A stretch of DNA of 64,000 nt, from positions 178,851 through 242,850 of the forward strand of contig CAWIJJ010000007.1 of assembly GCA_963836425.1 (NCBI GenBank), in the 5' to 3' direction. Source of the stretch: Bryobacterales bacterium (lineage in GTDB: Bacteria; Acidobacteriota; Terriglobia; Bryobacterales; Bryobacteraceae). The first letter of the stretch is position 1. Every line of letters begins with the position of its first letter. A model generated the notes under the pieces. The model saw nothing but the letters and a program-made list of their open reading frames with translations. It did not search any database and was not told the DNA's origin. A program made the translations under genes and the position numbers. Below, in pieces: positions 9,638 to 17,994 of the stretch.

Positions 9638-9855
9638 ATGCGGCCAGTCAGAGGAATCTGTGGGTCATCTTGAAGAGGTGTTGTTCCACTCGGTGCTTGC
9701 GCAGGCGCCGATCGTCATTGAGGTCGCGAATGAACTCCCCGCCCATAGTTCATAAGTCGTGAGCGCGTTTCCAGAACCGCCGGGCTGTCCTCCGGTATCT
9801 AACTAACTGGATTCAGGCGACCAGGACGCGTTCTCGCGTTTCGTCTCACCTTTTA

Positions 9856-9884
9856 TTGACGCATCATATCTTTGGTGATATGAT
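9856..9884 (+). promoter_or_regulatory. sigma70-type promoter candidate: TTGACG-N17-TATGAT
   Basis: TTGACG at 9856-9861, exactly 17 nt of spacer, TATGAT at 9879-9884. It lies in a visibly lower-GC intergenic stretch about 150 nt upstream of the ATG at 10033, which has a canonical AAGGAG at 10021-10026. Confidence 0.5.
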
Positions 9885-10032
9885 CCTGTCGTTCTTCAAT
9901 AAAGTGGGTATTTTGCGCACGATTGTTTAGTAAGGAAACGTCTCTCCGGGTTATTGCCGCTTCTAAGGCGCTCGGTGCTTTTCTCTCTCTGAATAGCGCC
10001 TGTTTAGGTTCCCCAAAACGAAGGAGTTCTTC

Positions 10033-10983
10033 ATGAGTCAATTCACCGTCGTAACAAAATTATGGCCCACCGGCGCCAGCCTCGATCTAGGCACTGATGA
10101 GACTACGCTCACCGTTCCCCCCAGCGCTTCATTCAACCGGCACGCCGCTAACTTCGTCGTCTCGCCGGACGGAACACATAACTATCAGTTCCTTTTCTGG
10201 AACACCGGAAGACACGTGACCAACAAGCGCCATGTGCATTGGGATTTCAGCGTGGGCGGCTGGGGAATCTGGACAGCCACCAAGTGGTATGGCACTCCAG
10301 GAGGCACTGGTAGTCAGCCCTGGGTCGACGTGGAACCGTTCACCATCGGCGGCGACGCGTTGATTACCGGCAGTGGCACGGCCATCGATGCGGCCGCAAG
10401 CACCTTTGCGGCCGGGGCCTTTCCATTCTCGGGCAACGACCACCAGATTGGCACAGCCGGCGGGGCTGTGACCGTGGTGGCAAAGGACCCCTTCGCGTCT
10501 CTGGACTTTGCCGGTTGGGATCAATTGATATTTGGCGGCGACGATAGCGGCCAGTTTAATGAATCCGATGCAGGCGGCGGCCCCGGTTCTCCCAGCTTCT
10601 TCCCTGCTGGCAGCGGACCGTTTCATGTCAACCAGAATGCTGGCGCGAACCTTCTGGCGCTCTATGGAAACCACGTCCGGTCGGGTCTTGGCAGCATTCT
10701 CGCGAACATAGGCGACATCCTCACCAAACCCGGGCCGATCAGCCGCGTCGATCCCTCGCCCGAGGATCGCCTCCGCCTGGCGATTCTGGAAGGGCTCTTA
10801 CTACAAACGAGACCCGGCGTCGGGGAGACCGCGGCTCTGCAAGCCCTCACTCAAGCCGCGCCGGGCATGAGCCTCAGTGACTTGAATGCGGCTCTCAAGT
10901 CGGTGCAAACTACCATTGCGCTTGGCAACACCACAATCTCCGCTCTTCAGGCGCAAATCAAGGCGAAGACCCCGGTCAAGTGA
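10033..10983 (+). CDS. hypothetical protein, no recognisable family (beta-rich N-terminal half, helical C-terminal tail)
   Basis: 316-aa ORF with a strong SD (AAGGAG, 6-nt spacing). No signal peptide or TM. Codon usage is visibly less GC-biased than in neighbouring genes. The stop overlaps the start of the radical SAM gene. Confidence 0.7.
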   Translation: MSQFTVVTKLWPTGASLDLGTDETTLTVPPSASFNRHAANFVVSPDGTHNYQFLFWNTGRHVTNKRHVHWDFSVGGWGIWTATKWYGTPGGTGSQPWVDVEPFTIGGDALITGSGTAIDAAASTFAAGAFPFSGNDHQIGTAGGAVTVVAKDPFASLDFAGWDQLIFGGDDSGQFNESDAGGGPGSPSFFPAGSGPFHVNQNAGANLLALYGNHVRSGLGSILANIGDILTKPGPISRVDPSPEDRLRLAILEGLLLQTRPGVGETAALQALTQAAPGMSLSDLNAALKSVQTTIALGNTTISALQAQIKAKTPVK

Positions 10984-12557
10984 TGTCTGGCGCGGCGCGC
11001 GTGCTGCTGGTCGGATTTCAAGACCAGGACAATCTCGGACTCGGCTATCTTGCCGGCAGCCTGCGCGCCGCCGGTCACGACGTTCGCATCTCCACGTTTG
11101 AGGCGGATTTCATTCCCCTGCTGCGTTTGGCGCGGGAATGGAATCCGCACGTCATCGGTTTTTCGCTCATCTTCCAATTCATGGCGCCGGAGTTCGGTCA
11201 AACCATCCGAGAGCTGCGTGCCGGCGGTGTGACGGCGCACTTCACCATGGGCGGCCATTACGCTTCGTTTGCGCCCGAAACCCTTCTCGAACTGATTCCC
11301 GAACTGGACAGCGTAGTTCGCTTCGAAGGCGAGCGCACGCTGGTGGAGTTGACGTGGTCGATTGTCGCGGACCAGCCATGGCGCGGCATCCGCGGAATCG
11401 CCTGGCGCGATGGCGGCATTGTGCATCAGACACCGCCGCGGGAGGATCCGGTAGACCTCGACGCTATGCCGTGGCCGGAGCGCACCGATACGGGCTACCA
11501 CCGCGGCTCCATACCGACAGCCTCGGTGCTGGCGTCGCGCGGCTGTCCCTATAAATGCTCGTTTTGTTCGATCATCACTTTCTACGACGGCAATAACACC
11601 CGGGGCCGCCGCCGGCGAAACCCGATTCGCGTGGTGGACGAAATTGAGCATCTCGTCCGGGATCGGGGAGCCCGACTGATCCTGTTCCAGGATGACGACT
11701 TCCTCGCTGGCGGCCCCGACGCGCGCAGATGGGCTCTGACAATCGCGCAGGAACTGATCGGGCGGGGATTGAATCGTCAGATGCGCTTTAAGCTCTCGTG
11801 CCGCTCGGATGAAGTGCGCGAGGAAGTGTTCGTGCCGCTCATCGAGGCGGGCCTCGCGCATGTGTACATGGGTGTGGAGGCGGGGGACCCGGACGCGCTG
11901 AAGACCCTGAACAAGCACATAACGCCCAGCGTGCACTTGCGCGCTGGCCGCATTCTGCGGGACCTCGATGTGAGTTTCGATTTCGGATTCATGTTGCTCG
12001 AACCCTGGAGCACCATGTCTACGGTGCGCAACAATCTGCATTTCCTCCGTGAATTCTGCGCCGGCGGTTACGCAGCCGCGGGATTCTGCAGGACTCTGCC
12101 GTATGTCGGCACGCCTATGGAGCAGCGCATGCGGGCCGAAGGCCGGCTCGTGGGTCCGGCGCTCGAAGCCGATTACCGTTTCCTCGACGCCCGCCTGGAC
12201 GCGTTATGGGATTTTTCACTGGCCGCCTTCGCCGGGCGAAACTACGGAAAAAACGCCGTCTGGGATCTTCTGCGCGGACTCTTGTTCGAAGCGCGGTTGG
12301 ATTACCCGGATCGGCCTTACGACCCCGAATTCCTGGCCGGCGCCCGCACGCTCACCGATGCGTCTAACTCGCTGATGATCGATGTTGCCGAGGAGGCCCT
12401 CGATCACATCGAGTCGATGGAAAAGCCCGATGCCCGCGATCCGGCGTTGATCCGGCTGGCGCGCGTCTCACGGGAAGAAAATGAACGTATACGCGGCATG
12501 CTGTCGGCGTTGTGGAGCGCCCACCCTCGCTTGATTGCGGACGCGCTCTTCCGCTGA
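10980..12557 (+). CDS. B12-binding-domain radical SAM protein (class B radical SAM) with a ~150-aa helical C-terminal extension
   Basis: N-terminal Rossmann-like cobalamin-binding region VLLVGFQDQDNLGLGYLAGSLRAAGHDV...VIGFS. Radical SAM cluster motif ASRGCPYKCSFCS (CxxxCxxC). The start (GTG 10980 or ATG 10983) overlaps the upstream TGA (10981-10983). Confidence 0.85.
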   Translation: MMSGAARVLLVGFQDQDNLGLGYLAGSLRAAGHDVRISTFEADFIPLLRLAREWNPHVIGFSLIFQFMAPEFGQTIRELRAGGVTAHFTMGGHYASFAPETLLELIPELDSVVRFEGERTLVELTWSIVADQPWRGIRGIAWRDGGIVHQTPPREDPVDLDAMPWPERTDTGYHRGSIPTASVLASRGCPYKCSFCSIITFYDGNNTRGRRRRNPIRVVDEIEHLVRDRGARLILFQDDDFLAGGPDARRWALTIAQELIGRGLNRQMRFKLSCRSDEVREEVFVPLIEAGLAHVYMGVEAGDPDALKTLNKHITPSVHLRAGRILRDLDVSFDFGFMLLEPWSTMSTVRNNLHFLREFCAGGYAAAGFCRTLPYVGTPMEQRMRAEGRLVGPALEADYRFLDARLDALWDFSLAAFAGRNYGKNAVWDLLRGLLFEARLDYPDRPYDPEFLAGARTLTDASNSLMIDVAEEALDHIESMEKPDARDPALIRLARVSREENERIRGMLSALWSAHPRLIADALFR

Positions 12558-12560
12558 TCA

Positions 12561-12598
12561 GGCGGTGGCCCGCCGCGGATGAATGGCGGTGGCCCGCC
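12561..12598. repeat. two copies of a GC hairpin motif GGCGGTGGCCCGCC, 24 nt apart, just after the radical SAM stop
   Basis: GGCGG-TGGC-CCGCC at 12561-12574 and again at 12585-12598. No U-tract follows, so it is not a classical intrinsic terminator. Confidence 0.6.
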
Positions 12599-12988
12599 TC
12601 CTCGAACTCGCCTCCTACCACTCAAGCTGTCCTCCTGAGGCTGCGTCAGACTGAACGGCGAATGAGTCCTGAGTCGCGATTCGCCGTAGCTCTTGTTGCC
12701 CGCCGCCGAGCCATCCCCGATACTGGATACCGGCATCCGGTGTGGCCGTTCGCCGCGCTGCACCTTCCACATGGAGATCCGCCCTGGTTCAAGTTGCACC
12801 CAACGGAGATCTGCGACGGTTTCGTCTACAAGTTGAGAGAGAGAAAGTCGAACGGGGCGATTATCCCGATGAACGCTTGGACGGGCCCAACCTCTGGCGA
12901 CTCAAGTCCGGCGACCGCGTCGCCTGGGTCGGAGCGGATCGCGGCGAACGCCACGCGGTCAACGCCAACAACGCCGCAGATGAAACTG

Positions 12989-13396
12989 CTAACCCGGCCG
13001 CTGTTCTGATGCGGGACGGCAGCGGGCCTCGAACGCCTGCGTGAGCGCCGGCTTCGACATCGTGCCCGACGCCACGGAGAGCACCAGATCGACCAACTCG
13101 TCCTCGCTGAAGTCCGGTTCCCAATCGTTAATCAAGAGGAACGTGATGGCGGCGTTCGCGCCCGTCCGCTTGTTGCCGTCCACGAACGGGTGGTTCTGGC
13201 AGATATGAAACAGGTAGGCTGCGGCCATCGAGGGAATGGACGAGTGCAGGAACTCCCCGCCGAATGTCGCCATAGGCGTGGCCACCGCCGATTCCAGGCC
13301 GGCAGGATCGCGAACGCCGTCCGACCCGCCGTACGCCTCGATTTGCTGCGCGTGGATTTCCAGGACCTCGTCCAGCGTCAGGAATAGTGGGTCCAT
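12989..13396 (-). CDS. doc: type II toxin, Doc (death-on-curing) / Fic family
   Basis: 135 aa. N-terminus FLTLDEVLEIHAQQIEAYGG. Fic/Doc active-site motif HPFVDGNKRTG. Confidence 0.9.
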   Translation of the reverse strand: MDPLFLTLDEVLEIHAQQIEAYGGSDGVRDPAGLESAVATPMATFGGEFLHSSIPSMAAAYLFHICQNHPFVDGNKRTGANAAITFLLINDWEPDFSEDELVDLVLSVASGTMSKPALTQAFEARCRPASEQRPG

Positions 13397-13404
13397 GCCG
13401 TCGA

Positions 13405-13632
13405 TTATTCAGCGAGTTTCTTGAATGCTTTGCCGTAACGCTTGTGCGCGGTGCGCTGCGCTGCCTCGAACTTCTGCCGTCTCTCAGACTGCTGCGCCGG
13501 TGCGACGATCAGTCGGTGCCCGTCCGTGCTGATATCGAGCGGGGTCTCAGAATCGATCTTTAGCAGGTCGAGAATCGGCCGGTCGATCACCAGCGCCAGG
13601 CTGTTGCCATGTCGCGTAAGCTTCTTCACCAT
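13405..13632 (-). CDS. AbrB/MazE/SpoVT-family antitoxin partner of Doc
   Basis: MVKKLTRHGNSLALVIDRPILDLLKID... is the swapped-hairpin AbrB-type signature. GGAG lies 5 nt upstream of the ATG at 13632. It ends 8 nt before the doc start. I trimmed the start from track ORF 13405..13722. Confidence 0.85.
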   Translation of the reverse strand: MVKKLTRHGNSLALVIDRPILDLLKIDSETPLDISTDGHRLIVAPAQQSERRQKFEAAQRTAHKRYGKAFKKLAE

Positions 13633-13865
13633 AAGGTCTCCCCGTACTTCCATTGTATCCCCAATGGATATACATCGCGGCGTGAAACCAACTTCGGGGC
13701 GGCGGCGCCAAACCTCTGCCACGCAGGATCGAACGCCTTTAAGTAGCTGGCGATGGCCGTGAAGGACGAGACGAACAGCGATTCCTACTTGGGCCGCAGC
13801 GACAACGCCGCCTTCGCCAACGTGGGAATCCCTTGCACCACGGTTTCAGTCACGCTAGCAGCGTC

Positions 13866-14630
13866 CTACAGCCCCGGAATCCGCAGCCGCAGCGACCGCG
13901 CCTGCCGCTCGCTCACCACAATCTGCGTCGCACCCGCATCCGCCATCACCAGCAGAAACCCGCTCTTGAAGTACGGCTGAATCTCCCGGATCCTTCCCAG
14001 GTTCACCAGCACTTCCCGCCGCGCCCGGAAAAACTGCTCCCGCGGCAGCCCCGCTTCGAGTTCGCCCAACTGGTAATTCACCCAGTACGTCTCCGCCTCC
14101 GTATGCGCCCGGACAATCCCGTCCTCCACCTGGAACCACAGCACCTGTTCGGGCGGCAGCAGCACAGACCGGTCGCGCTTCCGTCCCACAATCTGCCGCA
14201 GCACCCGCGGACCCTCCGCCGCCGCCCGCGTCAGCCGCTCCTGCTCCTTCTGCCGCTCGCCCCCCGAGGCCGCCAGCCTCACCGCGCGCTCCACCGCCTG
14301 CGCCAGCCGCTCCGGCTCCACCGGCTTCAACAGGTATGCCAGCGCGTTGGCCTCGAATGCCGCCAGTGCGTGCTGGTCGTAACCGGTCACGAAGATCACC
14401 AGGGGCGGAGTGGCCATCCGCGGCATGCACCGCAGCAATTCAAATCCCGTGAACCCCGGCATCTCGATATCCAGGAACAACAGGTCCGGTTGCCCCCGCT
14501 CCACCGCGTCCAGCGCCTCCGGGCCGTCCCGCGCCTCGCCCGCCACTTCGATTTCCCGGTGCACCGCCAGCAGCCGCTTCAGCCGCGCCCGCGCCGGCTC
14601 CTCATCGTCGATGATCAGGCTCCTCAGCAT
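13866..14630 (-). CDS. LytR/AlgR-family response regulator (REC + LytTR DNA-binding domain)
   Basis: MLRSLIIDDEEPAR...DLLFLDIEMPGFTGFELL...FVTGYDQHAL...YLLKP is the receiver domain. The C-terminal part ...FFRARREVLVNLGRIREI... is LytTR. Start moved to the ATG at 14630 inside track ORF 13866..14852. Confidence 0.9.
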   Translation of the reverse strand: MLRSLIIDDEEPARARLKRLLAVHREIEVAGEARDGPEALDAVERGQPDLLFLDIEMPGFTGFELLRCMPRMATPPLVIFVTGYDQHALAAFEANALAYLLKPVEPERLAQAVERAVRLAASGGERQKEQERLTRAAAEGPRVLRQIVGRKRDRSVLLPPEQVLWFQVEDGIVRAHTEAETYWVNYQLGELEAGLPREQFFRARREVLVNLGRIREIQPYFKSGFLLVMADAGATQIVVSERQARSLRLRIPGL

Positions 14631-16540
14631 CCGCTGCCCGCTCGCGGAATCCGCACCGTCACCCGCGTCCCTCCGCCCTCCCGCTCCTCCATCCGCACGC
14701 TCGCCCGGTCGCGATACAGCGTCTCCAGCCGGTCCGCCACATTCCGCAGACCCATCCCCTCGCTCTCCGCCGCCCCCTTTCTGCCCGGTCCCATGCCGTC
14801 GTCCTCTACCACCATCCGCACTCCGTCCGCCTCCGCCTTCGCCGAAATCCAAAGCCGCCCCGGCCCCGGCTTCGGTCCCAGCCCGTGCTTCAACGCGTTC
14901 TCCACCAGCGGTTGCAGAATCAGCGACGGAGCCATTTCATCCTCCACCCCGGGCTCCACCTCGATCCGCACCTCCAGCCGGTCCCCGAACCGCGCCTCTT
15001 CGATGTGCAGGTACGCGCGCAGGAATTCCACCTCGTCCCGGATCGTCGTCAGCGGCCGCGCCGAATGCGCCAGCAGGTGCCGGAAGACGTTCGCGAGCCG
15101 CAGGGTCATCGTTTCCGCCCGCTGCGGGTTGCGCACGATCTGGTCCGCCACCGTGTTGAGCGCGTTGAACAGGAAATGCGGATGGATCTGCGCCCGCAGC
15201 GCGCGCAGCTCCGCTTCCGTGATCTGCTGCTCCAACAGCGCCTCCCGGCTCTGCCGCTCCGCCGCCTCCCTCTCCCTCCCCAGCGCGTCCAGCCGCGCCC
15301 CGCACAGCGCCCCTGCCGACCGCAAATAGTTCAGATCCTGCATCACCAGCCCCGGGCGCGACGGCCCCGGCATCACGCGCAGCGTGTGCGTCACCTTGCC
15401 GCCCGTTGACACCGGCGCCGCCACCTCCGCGTTCTCCAGTTCCACCACCTCTCCCTCCAGCAGCTCGTGCGGCAGCCCCGGCTCCATCGCCTCCACCCGC
15501 GCCGACTCGAGCTCCATGGGCCCGCGCACCGCCTCTTCCACCGCTCCGAAGATCGCGCCCTCCGCCGTCAGCCCGGTCAGCCGCGCGGCCAGCTCCCGGC
15601 GCGCCCCGGCGTAGTCCGGCACACGGAACAGCCATTGGGTCACCCGCGTGCTCAACCGGTCGTCCACCAGCGTGAACGACAGCAGCAGCGCGTTCGCCAG
15701 CGCCATCATGCACAGGATGTGAACCGCCTGCGGGTACTCGGACCGCATCGCCAGATCGCGCAGGAACGACGACTGCATCGCCCCCACCAGGATCGACGCC
15801 CACGTTCCCGCCAGCAGAATGCGCACCCCGTACCGCACGAAGACGTCCGCAAACCGAAACCGCGCGAACAGAAAAAAGGAGCACAGGATCCCCAGCAGGA
15901 TCAGGTGCGACAGCACGAATCCGAAGCCGTGGCCGCGGGCCTGCGCGGGCAGCATCGGCCCAGCCGTTATCATCGCCGACATGGCCGCCGCCGCCAGCAC
16001 GATCGCCAGCGAGGGCACGCGGATGGCTGACGGAACCGCCGCCTTCCGCAGCCCGGTCCACGCGCCCGCCGCCAGCCACACGGTGGCGTTGTAGGTCGCC
16101 CACAGGCGCGCGTTCGCCGGCGCCGGAAAAGGCGCGTTGAGCAGCGGCCCGCTCCATATCACCGCTCCCAGCACTGCCGCCGCCGCCCGCGCTCCCGCCG
16201 CCACCCGCCGCGCCGCCCGCGCCCGTCCCGCCTTCTCCGCGTACGGCCGCCACACCGCCAGTACCGGAATCGGGAACACCAGCACGCCCGTGTACTGTAT
16301 CGCCTGGCCCAGCAGAGTCCAGCGCGAACTGCTCCCCGCAACCGTGGCCGCCGCCAGCCCGCCCACGCTCCACAGCAGCCCGCACACCGCGAATACCACG
16401 TTCGCCGGCTGCGATCCGGGCAGCCGTGAGGCGCGTAGAGCCAGAGCCAGCAGCAGCACCGTCAGAAACAGCCCGGCGCTGTAGCCGATCAGATCGCCCG
16501 TGAAATACGCGCTCGCCGCCGATCCGTGCAATGCACCCAT
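14624..16540 (-). CDS. sensor histidine kinase, LytS/YehU type (multi-TM N-terminus + His_kinase + HATPase_c)
   Basis: 638 aa. About 8 hydrophobic helices. Then ELRALRAQIHPHFLFNALNTV (the LytS-type phosphoacceptor box) and an ATPase domain (ENALKHG...DDGMGPG...GMGLRNV). The stop overlaps the start of the response regulator gene. Confidence 0.9.
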   Translation of the reverse strand: MGALHGSAASAYFTGDLIGYSAGLFLTVLLLALALRASRLPGSQPANVVFAVCGLLWSVGGLAAATVAGSSSRWTLLGQAIQYTGVLVFPIPVLAVWRPYAEKAGRARAARRVAAGARAAAAVLGAVIWSGPLLNAPFPAPANARLWATYNATVWLAAGAWTGLRKAAVPSAIRVPSLAIVLAAAAMSAMITAGPMLPAQARGHGFGFVLSHLILLGILCSFFLFARFRFADVFVRYGVRILLAGTWASILVGAMQSSFLRDLAMRSEYPQAVHILCMMALANALLLSFTLVDDRLSTRVTQWLFRVPDYAGARRELAARLTGLTAEGAIFGAVEEAVRGPMELESARVEAMEPGLPHELLEGEVVELENAEVAAPVSTGGKVTHTLRVMPGPSRPGLVMQDLNYLRSAGALCGARLDALGREREAAERQSREALLEQQITEAELRALRAQIHPHFLFNALNTVADQIVRNPQRAETMTLRLANVFRHLLAHSARPLTTIRDEVEFLRAYLHIEEARFGDRLEVRIEVEPGVEDEMAPSLILQPLVENALKHGLGPKPGPGRLWISAKAEADGVRMVVEDDGMGPGRKGAAESEGMGLRNVADRLETLYRDRASVRMEEREGGGTRVTVRIPRAGSGC

Positions 16541-16638
16541 CAGGATAGGCGAGCCCGCCGCGACAATCCACTGCCCCCGCCCCGGCGCGGAATTTCAGGC
16601 TTGAGCGATGATCCGGTGCGATGAGCGTCTGCGGTGGA

Positions 16639-16953
16639 TTATTTCTTCGGCTCGCCGAAGACGTAAACCTTCTCGTCCGGGCGGACGAGTTTCAAGCGGT
16701 TCCGAATCTCCAGTTCCTGCTCTTCGCTATTGTCGTTCAGGCGGTGCAGGTGTTCCCGCTTACGCTCGATCTCTTTCGCGAGTGCCTCGTTGCGCTGTTC
16801 CAGTTCGTGGATCTGCGCCTGCTTCTCCATCAATGCGCCTATTCCGCGGGGACCACGCAACTCAATCACAGCATAACTGGCGAGCGCCAGAAACGCGATC
16901 ACATAGACAAAGCGTGTTACAGGTGCTTTCATCTTACTCAGGGCCTGGAACAT
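16639..16953 (-). CDS. ftsB: septum formation initiator family protein (FtsB/DivIC)
   Basis: N-terminal TM (FVYVIAFLALASYAVI), then a coiled coil QIHELEQRNEALAKEIERKREHL and the C-terminal motif EIRNRLKLVRPDEKVYVF. An alternative start is the ATG at 16932. Confidence 0.8.
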   Translation of the reverse strand: MFQALSKMKAPVTRFVYVIAFLALASYAVIELRGPRGIGALMEKQAQIHELEQRNEALAKEIERKREHLHRLNDNSEEQELEIRNRLKLVRPDEKVYVFGEPKK

Positions 16954-16996
16954 AATGGTAGCATCGCAGCCGCCGGAAGCTCATCCATTTTTTCCA

Positions 16997-17329
16997 ATGA
17001 CGGATAAGATTGTTATTCTCTGTACCTGTGGCTCGGAAGCCGACGCCGGCCGCATCGCCCGCGCCCTGGTGGAGGACCGCCTTGCGGCCTGTGTCAACGT
17101 CATCCCGCACATCGCCAGCACCTATCGGTGGAAGGACCACGTGGAAACCGCCGCCGAGTGGCTCCTCGTCATCAAGTCTTCGCGCGCCCTGTTTGCCGCC
17201 CTCCGCTCCGCCGTGGAGCGGCTCCATCCCTACGAGGTTCCCGAATTGCTCGCGCTCCCGGTCCTGGACGGCTCCGCTCCGTACCTCGCCTGGCTCGACG
17301 AAAGCCTCCAGGGTGCGGCCGGACAATGA
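16997..17329 (+). CDS. cutA: divalent-cation tolerance protein CutA
   Basis: MTDKIVILCTCGSEADAGRIARALVEDRLAACVNVIPHIASTYRWKDHVETAAEWLLVIKS... matches CutA1 along its whole length. Start moved to the ATG at 16997. Confidence 0.85.
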   Translation: MTDKIVILCTCGSEADAGRIARALVEDRLAACVNVIPHIASTYRWKDHVETAAEWLLVIKSSRALFAALRSAVERLHPYEVPELLALPVLDGSAPYLAWLDESLQGAAGQ

Positions 17330-17994
17330 GTGCTCCCGGCCGTCCCCTGGCCCTCATCTTCGACATGGATGGCGTTATCGTTCACTCCAACCCCGAGCAC
17401 TGCGCCGCCTGGATCGACTTCAACCGGCTCTACGGCCTGGAAACCACGCCCGAAATGCTCGCCCGCATGTACGGCAAGCGCAATGACGAGATCGTGCGCG
17501 ACTATTTCGGCGCCCACCTGAGCGATGCCGAAATCGCCCGCCGCGGCCGGGAAAAGGAGACGCTCTATCGGCGCCGCGTGACCGGCCGCGTCGGCGAGAC
17601 CCTCGTCCCCGGCATCAGGCAATTCCTCGATTCCTGCCGCCGCCTTCCCCTCGCCATCGCCACCAATGCCGAACCCGCAAACGTGGACCTCATCCTCGAA
17701 GAGTCCGGACTTCGCCCCTATTTCAGCGTCGTCGTGGACGGCCACCAGGTCTCGCGCCCCAAGCCGCATCCCGACGTTTACCTGAAGGCCGCCTCCCTCC
17801 TCGGCGTGCCGCCCCGAAATTGCGTCGTTTTCGAGGATTCCGAGTCCGGTGTCGCTGCCGCACTTGCGGCCGAAATGCAGGTTATCGGTTTGCGTACCAC
17901 TCATGGCTACTTGCGGGGTACTAGTATTACCGTAGATAATTTCAGGAGCGAGTTGCTGCGCGAATGGATGAAAGCCCAAGTCGCGGCCGTTTGA
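17326..17994 (+). CDS. HAD-superfamily hydrolase, beta-phosphoglucomutase-like subfamily IA
   Basis: HAD motif I LIFDMDGVIV, motif II ATNA, motifs III/IV KPHPDVYL...VVFEDSESGV. The ATG at 17326 overlaps the cutA stop (ATGA). Confidence 0.8.
   Translation: MSAPGRPLALIFDMDGVIVHSNPEHCAAWIDFNRLYGLETTPEMLARMYGKRNDEIVRDYFGAHLSDAEIARRGREKETLYRRRVTGRVGETLVPGIRQFLDSCRRLPLAIATNAEPANVDLILEESGLRPYFSVVVDGHQVSRPKPHPDVYLKAASLLGVPPRNCVVFEDSESGVAAALAAEMQVIGLRTTHGYLRGTSITVDNFRSELLREWMKAQVAAV

Noticed and set aside
9639-9760. Short peptide-like reading on the minus strand (MGGEFIRDLNDDRRLRKHRVEQHLFKMTHRFL), suggestive of a remnant of a mobile-element gene in the lower-GC spacer.
   Set aside because: It is only 31 codons, bounded by stops, and I can name no family. 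That is insufficient evidence for a mobile-element scar.
9885-10032. Cobalamin riboswitch in the leader of the B12-radical-SAM cassette.
   Set aside because: I could not find a B12-box-like element or the expected multi-stem architecture by eye. Only a single 7-bp hairpin is visible. An Infernal scan is needed before making any claim.
9853-10041. 62-aa minus-strand ORF in the lower-GC spacer upstream of the cassette.
   Set aside because: It overlaps the promoter candidate, the SD and the start codon of the 10033 gene. It has no SD of its own and no recognisable motif, so it is most likely a chance ORF in AT-richer DNA.
12742-13044. 100-aa ORF whose segment GPNLWRLKSGDRVAWVGADRGERHAV faintly resembles the RelE/ParE toxin core (lwrlRvGdyRviy). 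It might be a decayed second toxin.
   Set aside because: The resemblance covers about 20 residues only. There is no partner antitoxin ORF and no start context, and the ORF overlaps the doc 3' end. That is too weak to report as a feature.
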